Assembly: GCA_003221005.1 (NCBI GenBank)
Contig: QHTZ01000108.1
Coordinates: forward strand, 1-24,065
Reading direction: 5' to 3'
From: Gemmatimonadota bacterium
GTDB taxonomy: Bacteria; Gemmatimonadota; Gemmatimonadetes; Gemmatimonadales; GWC2-71-9
DNA length: 24,065 nt
Part shown: in pieces, positions 16,361 to 24,065 of the stretch
Layout of the letters: every line of letters starts with the position of its first letter
How positions within the stretch are numbered: the first letter of the stretch is position 1
Translations under genes and position numbers: made by a program
Notes under the pieces: model-generated
What the model was told of the DNA's origin: nothing
The model's input: the letters and a program-made list of their open reading frames with translations, nothing else
The model's database searches: none

Positions 16361-18711
16361 TCCCGGTCATCTGGTTGATCGCCCAGCTGCAGGCGGGTCC
16401 GCCGGTCGTGGTCGCGAGCGTGGACCGCACGCGGCTCACGGTCGGGGACGCGCTGGTGCTCACCGTCCGTGCGCGCACTCGGTCAGCCCAACCGCTCAAC
16501 CTCACGCTGCCGCCGCTTGCGGGCTTCGCGATCATTGCCACGCACGAAGTCACCGACGTCTCGCTCGGCAGCGATGCGGGCGGGGGAGCGGGAGTGGGAA
16601 GCCCGCTCCGGACGACCATGCGGCAGCTGACGCTCCGCGCCGAGCGTGCGGGCACGCTGGTGATCGGACCGGTGCGGGTGCAGCAGGGGCGGGCGGTCGT
16701 GACGACCGCGGCCATCTCCATCACGGCGGACAAGGCGTCGCGTCCCGCGGCCGCGCTCGAAGCTCCCGCGCGGGCCCTGCTCGACCGCGCACCGTCGCCC
16801 GAGCGCGGCGATCAGGTCGCGCTCACCGTGCACATGCCGGCCGACAGCGTTCTGGTCGGGCAGCAGCTCGACGTGCTGGTCGCCGCCTGGTTTCCACGCG
16901 ATGTGCGGCTGCGGCTCCGCAGCCAGCCTCGGCTCACGCTCGCGACGCCGCAAGGGGTCTGGTCCTACGCTGAGGAGCGCCCGGAGGAATCGGTCGCGGC
17001 GCGGCTGGTGCAGGGACGGTGGATGGATCTGTACGCACTCCACGAGATCCTGTTCCCGCTTGAGGCGGGGCGGCTGCTGATCCCTCCGGCGTCCGTGGAG
17101 TACGGCGTTCCCGTCTCGTTCTCGATCTTTAGCCGTGAGGAGCGGTACGTGCTGCACAGCGACTCGATTGCCATCACTGTGCTCGCTCCCCCGGCGGCCG
17201 GGCGGCCGGAAGACGACCGGCAGGTCGCGGGTGAGGGGCTCGCGCTGGCGCTCTCGGTCGTGCCCGCGGACACCCGAGTGGGTGAGCCGATCACGGTCCT
17301 CGCCACGGTTAGTGGCATCGGGAACGCGACGCTCTGGCCGGAGCCTGCGCTGCGCTGGCCCACGGGGTTTCGCGCCTACCCGGCCGAGACGAACGTGTCG
17401 GTCGCGCCCCAAGGCGGTCTCGTCGCGGGGAGCAAGGTGTTCAGCTACCTCGTCGTGCCGGATTCAGTGGGAACGTTCATGCTTCCCGAAGTGCGCTATC
17501 CGTACTACGACGTCGCGACGGGTGGCTACGCCGTGGCACGCACGCCGCCCTTGGCGCTCGCGGTGCTTCCTGGCACCGAGCCGCGTGCCGCGCGCGCGCT
17601 GCCGCCGCTGCTCAGTAGCGACGTCGCGCCGTGGCAGGACGCGGTGGCGCGGGGGCTGGTACCGTGGGGCTGGGTGGCACTCGCGCTCGGGCCGCCGCTT
17701 GTGGTCGGGGTGCAGCGACGGCGGCGGCGCGGATTGCCCCCCGCCGGGGCGAAGAGTCCCGTCCTGTCGCACCTGGGTCGGTTAGAGCGCGGGTTCCACG
17801 CTGTCCTGGCGAATCATGTCCCTGATCCGCCTACCCGCGACGGCGACGGTCTAGCGCGCGCGCTGCGCGCCGCGGGAATCGAGAGCGCGGTGGCCGACCA
17901 CGTGATGCGGCTGCGCGACCGGCTGCGCGCGGCCCGCTACGGGCCCCGGGGGCTGGGCGACGCCGCGGAGCTCGCGGCGGAACTGGAGCAAGTGTTGCAG
18001 GTGCTGGGCGCCGAGCCGCCGGGACCGCGGCGGCGCCGGATCATGGTCGCGCTCATCTGCGGCGTGTTGCTCGCTCCACGCGACGGCGCGGCACAGGCTC
18101 CCAAAGCGGAGGTCCTGTACCAGGCGGGCGCGCTGCGTGCGGCATCCGATTCCTTCGCGGCTCGGGCCGCAGTCGCTCCGCGCGTCGCCGCTCACTGGTA
18201 CAATCTCGGCGCCACGCTGTATCGCGCCGGCGCGGACGGGAAGGCCGTCGCGGCCTGGACCATCGCGGCGCGCCTCGACCCCCGCAATCCCATCGTCCAG
18301 CGGGCCCGCCGCCTCCTCCCGGCCCCGGACCCCGCGAGCGAGGCGCTCCTGTTCGTCGGACCCGCCACCCCGGGCGAGTGGGCACTTCTGGTGGCGCTGG
18401 CGTGGCTGCTGCTGTGGGGCGCGGTCCTGACCGGGCGGCGGCGCTGGGTGATTCTCGTACTAATGGCGCTCACGGCCGCCGCGGCGACGTTCGGCGCGCT
18501 CGAGTGGCGGCGCCGCGACCGGCCGCTCGCCGTCGTCCTCACCCCGGCGACCCCGGTGCGGGTCGCGCCATACGGCAGCGCCAGCGCGACCACCACGCTC
18601 GACGCCGGCGCGGCGCTCGAGATCGCGGGGAGTTACGCACGCTGGCTCGAAGTGCGCCGCGACGATGGCGTGCGCGGCTGGGTGCTCAGCGACGAGGTCG
18701 TCCGGCTGTGA
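16357..18711 (+). CDS. BatD-BatE fusion (Ig-like BatD domains, TPR, C-terminal SH3b)
   Basis: GTG 16357 overlaps the upstream stop. ASVDRTRLTVGD, LFPLEAG.L.IPP, VGEPITV...VSG.GN, YLVVP...G.F.LP; TPR HWYNLGATLYRAG; TMs; SH3b-like W.EVR.DDG.RGWV. 784 aa. Confidence 0.82.
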   Translation: MIPVIWLIAQLQAGPPVVVASVDRTRLTVGDALVLTVRARTRSAQPLNLTLPPLAGFAIIATHEVTDVSLGSDAGGGAGVGSPLRTTMRQLTLRAERAGTLVIGPVRVQQGRAVVTTAAISITADKASRPAAALEAPARALLDRAPSPERGDQVALTVHMPADSVLVGQQLDVLVAAWFPRDVRLRLRSQPRLTLATPQGVWSYAEERPEESVAARLVQGRWMDLYALHEILFPLEAGRLLIPPASVEYGVPVSFSIFSREERYVLHSDSIAITVLAPPAAGRPEDDRQVAGEGLALALSVVPADTRVGEPITVLATVSGIGNATLWPEPALRWPTGFRAYPAETNVSVAPQGGLVAGSKVFSYLVVPDSVGTFMLPEVRYPYYDVATGGYAVARTPPLALAVLPGTEPRAARALPPLLSSDVAPWQDAVARGLVPWGWVALALGPPLVVGVQRRRRRGLPPAGAKSPVLSHLGRLERGFHAVLANHVPDPPTRDGDGLARALRAAGIESAVADHVMRLRDRLRAARYGPRGLGDAAELAAELEQVLQVLGAEPPGPRRRRIMVALICGVLLAPRDGAAQAPKAEVLYQAGALRAASDSFAARAAVAPRVAAHWYNLGATLYRAGADGKAVAAWTIAARLDPRNPIVQRARRLLPAPDPASEALLFVGPATPGEWALLVALAWLLLWGAVLTGRRRWVILVLMALTAAAATFGALEWRRRDRPLAVVLTPATPVRVAPYGSASATTTLDAGAALEIAGSYARWLEVRRDDGVRGWVLSDEVVRL

Positions 18712-20399
18712 GTCCCAAGATCGCAGTCCTGCCGGACCAGGTCGCCGATCAGATCGCCGCCGGGGAGGTCGTGGAGCGGCCGGCCTCGGTCGTGAAGGAG
18801 CTGGTGGAAAATGCGCTCGACGCGGGCGCGCGCACCGTCCGGGTGGCGATCGAGAACGGCGGCAAGACGCTGATTCGGGTGAGTGACGACGGGGAAGGGA
18901 TGAGTCGCGCCGACGCCGAGCTCGCGCTCGCCCGTCACGCGACGAGCAAGATCCGGTCGGCTGCGGACCTCATCGGCGTCGCCACCTTCGGGTTCCGGGG
19001 CGAGGCCCTTCCAGCGGTGGCCTCCGTGTCGCGCTTCGAGCTTGAGACTTCCCCCGACGGTCGGACCGGGACGCGCCTCCGGGTGGTGGGCGCCCGGCTC
19101 GAGGCGGTCGACGACGCCGTGCGGCAGCGGGGGACCACGGTCACCGTGCAGGCGCTGTTCTTCAATACGCCGGCGCGCCGCAAGTTCCTGCGGGCGCAGG
19201 CGACCGAGACTCGCGCCGCGCTCGATGCGCTCACCATGCTCGCCCTCACGCGTCCCGACGTCGCCTTCACGCTCACGAGCGATGAGCGCGTGCTCCTCGA
19301 CGTGGCGCCCGCCGCCGAGCCGATCGACCGCGTGGCGGGGTTGTGGGGGCGCGAGTTCGCGGACACGCTCGTGCCCGTCGCCCACCGCGAAGGACCGCTC
19401 GAGCTCACCGGGTTCGCGCAGCGTCCTGCGCAGGCGAAGCCGGCGGGCCGTAAGGGCTACGTGTTCGTGCACCGACGGCCGATCCGTGATCCCTTCATCC
19501 TGCGCGCTGGCGAGGCGGGGTACCGCTCGACTATCGCCCCCGGCGACCGGCCATCGTTGCTCCTGTTCCTCGAGCTTCCGGGCGACGCGGTCGACGTGAA
19601 CGTGCACCCGGCCAAGCTCGAAGTGCGGTTTCGCGACAAGTTCTTCGTCGAGCGCGTCGTGGAAGAGGGTGTGCGGCGGGCGCTCACGCCGCTCGGCGCG
19701 GCGGCCCCGCTGGCCGCGGGGTCCGGCGCCTGGCCGTCCAGCGCCTGGGCGGGTGGAGCGGTCGAGCTTCCTCAGGGGCCGGCGCTCGAAATGTTCGGGC
19801 TCGATACCGGCGCTGCCGACGCGCCACACGCGACGCCTCCGTTGCTCCAGGTCTTCGACACGTACATTCTGTTCCAAAACGACTCCGGCGTCGCGATCGT
19901 GGACCAGCACTCGGCCCACGAGCGGATCCTTTATGAAGCCGCGATGCGCCAGCTCACCGGCGACGGCGCGCCCGCGCAGCGGCTGCTCTTGCCGCTGACA
20001 CTCGAGTTCACGCCCCCCGAGCTCGACGCCATCGACCGGCACCGGCAGCTGCTCCAGCGCGTCGGCTACGAGATCGAGCCCTTTTCGGGGCGCACGGTTG
20101 TGATCCACACCGCGCCCAACCCTCATCCACGGTTCGACGCCGCGCGATGCCTGCAGGAGCTCGTGGCGGACCTGGCCGGGGGACGCTTCGGGGGGTGGGC
20201 GAACCGGCTGGAGCGCTTCGCCGCGACGTTCGCCTGCCGCGGGGCGATCAAGGCGGGCCAGCGGCTCGAGCCGGACGAGATGCGCGAGCTCATCGCGCGG
20301 CTCCTGACGGCGACCCTGCCGGCGCACGACGTTCATGGACGCCCCACGATCCTGCAACTCCCCAAGGGGGAACTGGAGAGAAGGTTCGGGAGGGCCTGA
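18708..20399 (+). CDS. mutL: DNA mismatch repair protein MutL (endonuclease type)
   Basis: IAAGEVVERPASVVKELVENALDAGA, DDGEGM, HATSKI, GFRGEAL, LFFNTPARRKFL, DVNVHPAKLEVRF; C-terminal DQHSAHERILYE, clamp motif QRLLLP, ACR, HGRP, FGR. Confidence 0.97.
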   Translation: MSPKIAVLPDQVADQIAAGEVVERPASVVKELVENALDAGARTVRVAIENGGKTLIRVSDDGEGMSRADAELALARHATSKIRSAADLIGVATFGFRGEALPAVASVSRFELETSPDGRTGTRLRVVGARLEAVDDAVRQRGTTVTVQALFFNTPARRKFLRAQATETRAALDALTMLALTRPDVAFTLTSDERVLLDVAPAAEPIDRVAGLWGREFADTLVPVAHREGPLELTGFAQRPAQAKPAGRKGYVFVHRRPIRDPFILRAGEAGYRSTIAPGDRPSLLLFLELPGDAVDVNVHPAKLEVRFRDKFFVERVVEEGVRRALTPLGAAAPLAAGSGAWPSSAWAGGAVELPQGPALEMFGLDTGAADAPHATPPLLQVFDTYILFQNDSGVAIVDQHSAHERILYEAAMRQLTGDGAPAQRLLLPLTLEFTPPELDAIDRHRQLLQRVGYEIEPFSGRTVVIHTAPNPHPRFDAARCLQELVADLAGGRFGGWANRLERFAATFACRGAIKAGQRLEPDEMRELIARLLTATLPAHDVHGRPTILQLPKGELERRFGRA

Positions 20400-20404
20400 G
20401 TGCG

Positions 20405-21388
20405 GTGACGTCCCTCCCGCTCGTCCCGGTCCTCATCGGCCCCACGGGTGTCGGCAAGACCGCGGTCGCCGTCGAGCTCGCAACGCTCCGTCCGATCACG
20501 GTCATCTCCGCCGACGCGCGGCAGGTGTACCGCCACCTCGACATCGGGACCGCGAAGCCCACGCCCGAGGTCCGCGCGCAGGTGCCGCATCTCGGGCTCG
20601 ACCTGATCGAGCCCGGGGAGCGGTATAGCGCCGGTCGCTTCGCGCGCGACGCCGCGGCCTGGCTCGCGGAGGTGCGCACAGCGGGCCGGGAGCCGCTGGT
20701 CCTGGGTGGAACCGGTTTCTACGTGCGGGCGTTGGCGGAGGGACTGTTCCGCGAGCCGCTGCTCGACCCCGCCCGGCACGAGCAGCTGCGAGGCTGGGCG
20801 GCGCGGCTCGCGCCCGCGCGCGCGGCCCACTGGGCCGCCCGGCTCGACCGCGGGTTCGCGGGCGGAGGCCGCCAGCGGGCGGCCCGGGCGATCGAGGTCG
20901 CCCTGCTCACCGGCCGCGCGCTGTCGTGGTGGCAGCGTGAGGCGCGCGAGACCGGCGCGATGCGCCCGTGGTACATTCACCTCACACTGCCGCGCGACGC
21001 GCTGCGACGCCGGATCGCGGAGCGCGTGGAGCGGATGCTCGGGGCCGGGCTCGTGGCCGAAGTGGCAGCGCTGCTCGCGCGGGGCGTGCCCCCGGACGCC
21101 GCGGGCCTCGACGGCGTCGGCTACCGCGAAGCGGTCGCCATGCTCCGCGGGGATCTGCCTGCGGACAGGCTCGCGGAAGCGATCGTCGTCGCCACGCGGC
21201 GCTACGCCAAGCGGCAGGAGACGTGGTTTCGACATCAACTGCGCAGTCCGGGAGGCGGGATGCGGGATGCGAGAAGCGTGTGGGTCCTCGACGCGATGGC
21301 GTCCCCCGCGCTGCTTGCTGCACAGATCGCTGAACGCTGGGCCGTCGCCACGCATCCCGCATCCCCCATCTCCCATCCCGCTTCATGA
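20405..21388 (+). CDS. miaA: tRNA (adenosine37-N6)-dimethylallyltransferase
   Basis: GPTGVGKT, ISADARQVYRHLDIGTAKP, GGTGFY, RAIEV, GYRE, TRRYAKRQETWF. GTG start 20405; follows mutL. Confidence 0.95.
   Translation: MTSLPLVPVLIGPTGVGKTAVAVELATLRPITVISADARQVYRHLDIGTAKPTPEVRAQVPHLGLDLIEPGERYSAGRFARDAAAWLAEVRTAGREPLVLGGTGFYVRALAEGLFREPLLDPARHEQLRGWAARLAPARAAHWAARLDRGFAGGGRQRAARAIEVALLTGRALSWWQREARETGAMRPWYIHLTLPRDALRRRIAERVERMLGAGLVAEVAALLARGVPPDAAGLDGVGYREAVAMLRGDLPADRLAEAIVVATRRYAKRQETWFRHQLRSPGGGMRDARSVWVLDAMASPALLAAQIAERWAVATHPASPISHPAS
21249..21380. repeat. Inverted pair of tandem heptamer arrays (CGGGATG-like x4 / CATCCCG-like x4)
   Basis: 21249-21276: CGGGAGG CGGGATG CGGGATG CGAGAAG. 21353-21380: CATCCCG CATCCCC CATCTCC CATCCCG. 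The consensus units are reverse complements. Confidence 0.85.
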
Positions 21389-22509
21389 GAATCGGTATCA
21401 CCTGCTACCCGACTTACGGCGGCTCGGGCGCCGTCGCTACGGAGCTCGGGCTCGAGCTCGCCCGGCGCGGGCACGAGGTGCACTTCGTCTCCTACGCGAG
21501 CCCGTTCCGGCTGCGCGGGTTCGCGCCGCGGGTGACGTTCCACGAGGTGGTGACCACCGACTACCCCCTATTCGAGCACTCGCCTTACGCGCTCGCCCTC
21601 GCGGTCAAGCAGCACGAGGTAGCGCAGCGGGAAAAGCTCGAGATCATGCACGTGCATTACGCGATACCGCACGCCGCGACGGCCTGGCTCGCCAAGCAGA
21701 TGCTCCGGCCAGAGCGCGATCTCAAGGTCGTGACGACGCTGCACGGCACCGACATCACGCTCGTGGGACAGGACCCGTCCTACTACACCCTCACCAAGTT
21801 CTCCATCGAGCAGTCGGACGCGGTGACCGCGGTGTCGCGCTACCTGCGCGACGAGACCTACCGCGCCTTCGGCTGCGTCGACTGTGACGTGCGCGTCATC
21901 TCGAACTTCATTTCGCCGGCCGAGTACCACCCCCCGCGCGACGGGTCGTGTCGCGGCGCGCTGGCGCCCGCAGACCACAAGATTCTGACCCACGTCTCGA
22001 ACTTCCGTCCCGTGAAGCGCGTGGTCGATGTGGTGCGCGTGTTCGCGAGCGTGTGCAAGGCGATGCCGGCGACCCTGGTCCTGATCGGCGACGGCCCGGA
22101 ACGCGATGCGGCCGAGCACGAGGCCGATCGCCTGGGTCTGGGAGAAGACGTCCGCTTCCTGGGCAAGGTGGATGACGTGGCTGAGCTGTTGCGCGGGAGC
22201 GACCTGTTCCTCCTCCCGTCGGAGACCGAGTCGTTCGGGCTCGCGGCTCTCGAAGCGATGGCGTGCGGGGTCCCCGTCATCGCTTCAGCGGTGGGAGGCC
22301 TCCCCGAAGTGATCGCGCAGGGGGAGACGGGGTTTCTGGCACCGGTCGGCGCGGTCGACGCGATGGCCGCCGAGGCCGCGGCGATCCTTTCGGACCCGGC
22401 GCGCCACGCGCGGATGCGCAGCGCGGCGGCGCGGCGGGCGCTCGATTTCTCCGCCGAGCGCATCGTGCCGCAGTACGAAGCCCTGTACCGGGACGTACTG
22501 AATGGGTGA
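21385..22509 (+). CDS. bshA: N-acetyl-alpha-D-glucosaminyl L-malate synthase (bacillithiol biosynthesis, GT4)
   Basis: MRIGITCYPTYGGSG.VATELG, HVHYAIPHA, TTLHGTDITLVG, HVSNFRPVKR, ESFGLAALEAMACGVP. Confidence 0.95.
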   Translation: MRIGITCYPTYGGSGAVATELGLELARRGHEVHFVSYASPFRLRGFAPRVTFHEVVTTDYPLFEHSPYALALAVKQHEVAQREKLEIMHVHYAIPHAATAWLAKQMLRPERDLKVVTTLHGTDITLVGQDPSYYTLTKFSIEQSDAVTAVSRYLRDETYRAFGCVDCDVRVISNFISPAEYHPPRDGSCRGALAPADHKILTHVSNFRPVKRVVDVVRVFASVCKAMPATLVLIGDGPERDAAEHEADRLGLGEDVRFLGKVDDVAELLRGSDLFLLPSETESFGLAALEAMACGVPVIASAVGGLPEVIAQGETGFLAPVGAVDAMAAEAAAILSDPARHARMRSAAARRALDFSAERIVPQYEALYRDVLNG

Positions 22510-23221
22510 TGTCGCGCGCCTGGTCCGTGCCCCGCAGCTGCTGGTCGCCGCGCTCGGCGTGCTGGCGGGGTGCTGGATCGCCCTCGGGGGGTTGGCAACG
22601 CCGCCGCTCGCCTGGTGGGCTGCGCTCGCCGCCATTGGGCTGGGCGCGGCGGGAAGCGCCCTGGGGCGGAGGCGCGACGTCACCGCCTCGTCGGGCGCAG
22701 CGGACTTCGTGGTGTTCGCCGGCGTGGTGATCGGAGTTGCCGGCGCGATGCTTGTGGGTGGCGCGGCGGTGGCCGTCGGGCTGGCCGGCTGCGCCGCCAT
22801 TGCGCTGCTTCCCGCGCTCGAGCGGCGACAGCCGTTCCAGCGAATCGCGCTCGCAGTGGTCTCCGGCCTGCCGTTGCTGTACGGCGCCATCGCCGTCGCC
22901 CGGCCGGCGCAAGGGCTGGTGCCGTGGACGCTCGCCTCCTGGCTCGCGCTGGTGCGCGGTCTCGCCGCGGATGCGGAGCGGCAGCCCGGCAGACCCTGGC
23001 TCACGATCGTCCTGGCGATCGGCTTCGTGCCGGTGAGCCTGTTGCTGCCGGCGCGGGCCGGGTATCGCGGGGCGTACTTCGTGCTGGCGATCTTCGCGCA
23101 GCTGGCCGTCCTCGTCGTGGCGACGCGGCTGATCGTCGGCCGGAGCGAGCGCCTGGGCCTCCTGCTGAAAGGGGCGATGGCCGTGGGACTGGTCGCGCTC
23201 GTCGCGGGCCGGGTGGGGTGA
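22502..23221 (+). CDS. Polytopic membrane protein, probable degenerate UbiA-superfamily (DGGGP-synthase-like) homolog
   Basis: About 8 hydrophobic segments. LVRAPQLLVAALGV start, VSGLPLLYGAIAV, and C-terminal LLLKGAMAVGLVAL resemble UbiA/DGGGPS. The Asp-rich motifs are absent. Confidence 0.55.
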   Translation: MGDVARLVRAPQLLVAALGVLAGCWIALGGLATPPLAWWAALAAIGLGAAGSALGRRRDVTASSGAADFVVFAGVVIGVAGAMLVGGAAVAVGLAGCAAIALLPALERRQPFQRIALAVVSGLPLLYGAIAVARPAQGLVPWTLASWLALVRGLAADAERQPGRPWLTIVLAIGFVPVSLLLPARAGYRGAYFVLAIFAQLAVLVVATRLIVGRSERLGLLLKGAMAVGLVALVAGRVG

Positions 23222-23225
23222 GGCC

Positions 23226-23978
23226 GTGGCACCCGTAACCCTCGATGGGGTGCCGGCGCATTCCCTCGCCCGCCGCTGGGGCGTCCCGCAGGCCGCCGTG
23301 TTCCGCACGATTACTTCCTGCCTCGACGTGGTGCACGAGCTCGGCGCCGCCGGCGCGCCGCACGGCGCTACGGTCGTCGCCCTGGAGCAGACCGCGGGGC
23401 GCGGGCGCGACGGGCGCACCTGGCGCTCGCCTCAGGGCGGCGCCTGGCTCGCGCTGTTACTGCGGCCGCCCCGTGCGGACGTCGGCGCGCTGTCGATCCG
23501 CACCGGGCTCGTGGTGGCCGATGCGGTGGACGAGCTGCTGGGGCTGCCACGCACGCGGTTGAAGTGGCCGAACGACGTGCTCCTCGACGATCGCAAGCTA
23601 GGCGGCGTGCTGTGCGAGGGCCGATGGCAAGGAGACGCGCTCCAGTGGCTCGCGCTGGGCGTGGGAGTGAACGCCTGCAACGCGATTCCGGCCGAGCTCG
23701 CCCCGCGAGCCATCGCGCTCCACGAATTGCTGCCGGACCTCCGGCCAGTCGATCTGCTCGACCGGCTCGTACCCGGCCTCGCCGCCGTCGTCGCGGGAGG
23801 CACCGTGCTCACGGAGGCGGAGTGCCAGGCGTTCGCGGAGCGCGACTGGCTGCGTGGCCGCGAGCTGCGCAGGCCGGCGGCCGGCCGCGGAGCGGGGATC
23901 CGCCCGGACGGGGCGCTGCTGGTGGAGAGTGGGGCGACCACGATCGCCGTGCTCGACGGCCATGTCGAGCTCGCTTGA
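23226..23978 (+). CDS. birA: Biotin--[acetyl-CoA-carboxylase] ligase, no N-terminal HTH
   Basis: EQTAGRGRDGRTWRSP, LKWPNDVLLDDRKLGGVLCE, LGVGVN, GI..DGALLV. Confidence 0.93.
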   Translation: MAPVTLDGVPAHSLARRWGVPQAAVFRTITSCLDVVHELGAAGAPHGATVVALEQTAGRGRDGRTWRSPQGGAWLALLLRPPRADVGALSIRTGLVVADAVDELLGLPRTRLKWPNDVLLDDRKLGGVLCEGRWQGDALQWLALGVGVNACNAIPAELAPRAIALHELLPDLRPVDLLDRLVPGLAAVVAGGTVLTEAECQAFAERDWLRGRELRRPAAGRGAGIRPDGALLVESGATTIAVLDGHVELA

Positions 23979-23985
23979 GCCGCGT

Positions 23986-24013
23986 GGCGGCGCCCTCGGG
24001 CGCCGTCTATCTT
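23986..24013 (+). terminator. GC-rich hairpin after birA, possible weak intrinsic terminator overlapping a -10 hexamer
   Basis: Stem GGCGGCGCC (23986-23994), loop CTCG, stem GGCGCCGTC (23999-24007, one G-U pair), then TATCTT. Confidence 0.4.
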
Positions 24014-24021
24014 AGCCGCGG

Positions 24022-24065
24022 ATGCTGCTCGCCCTCGACGTCGGCAACACCGAGACCACGCTCGG
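24022..24065 (+). CDS. coaX: Type III pantothenate kinase, 3'-partial
   Basis: MLLALDVGNTETTL(G) matches the N-terminal DxGNT motif. birA-coaX adjacency is common. Only about 14 codons are visible. Confidence 0.8.
   Translation, partial: MLLALDVGNTETTL

Noticed and set aside
10980-18711. MoxR-vWA cluster as a novel or anti-phage system
   Set aside because: Gene order and motifs match the described MoxR-DUF58-Bat locus, and no nuclease or effector domains are seen. Only the fusions and the HEAT neighbour were kept as findings.
336-20404. Upstream starts in the ORF track (336, 2603, 3813, 7327, 11171, 13545, 14606, 16072, 18378, 20147)
   Set aside because: The extensions overlap the preceding genes. 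Downstream starts with an SD, a stop/start overlap or a short gap match the family N-termini better.
1-24065. Many long alternative-frame and antisense ORFs (e.g. 1134..2594-, 4110..5414-, 9544..10929-, 12721..14049-, 18633..20357-)
   Set aside because: They overlap well-supported genes and are Arg/Ala/Pro-rich with no motifs. These are shadow ORFs expected in stop-poor high-GC DNA.

Overview
Very GC-rich bacterial chromosome segment. Gene content and order resemble Gemmatimonadota (inferred, not searched). It is mostly core housekeeping DNA. In order: two secreted/lipoprotein PD40 (TolB-like) beta-propeller genes; pyrR-pyrB-pyrC; a coiled-coil/zinc-ribbon protein; rpsT (the only credible minus-strand gene); a ~17 kb run of 16 tightly coupled genes (M50 site-2 protease, scpA, scpB, RluB-like pseudouridine synthase, HEAT-repeat protein, a MoxR-DUF58-Bat/vWA locus with BatB-C and BatD-E fusions, mutL, miaA, bshA, a degenerate UbiA-like membrane protein, birA); and the start of a type III pantothenate kinase. 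I see no RNA genes, CRISPR arrays, mobile elements or defence systems, and I cannot support a wholly new system. The best leads are smaller: helically phased GTCAC repeats upstream of the lipoprotein, a mirror-symmetric divergent promoter pair at rpsT/M50, a probable ATC start codon, inverted heptamer arrays inside miaA next to the bshA start, internal signal-peptide-like segments in the fused Bat proteins, a UbiA-like protein lacking its Asp motifs, and a Cys-to-Asp variant of the MutL zinc motif.
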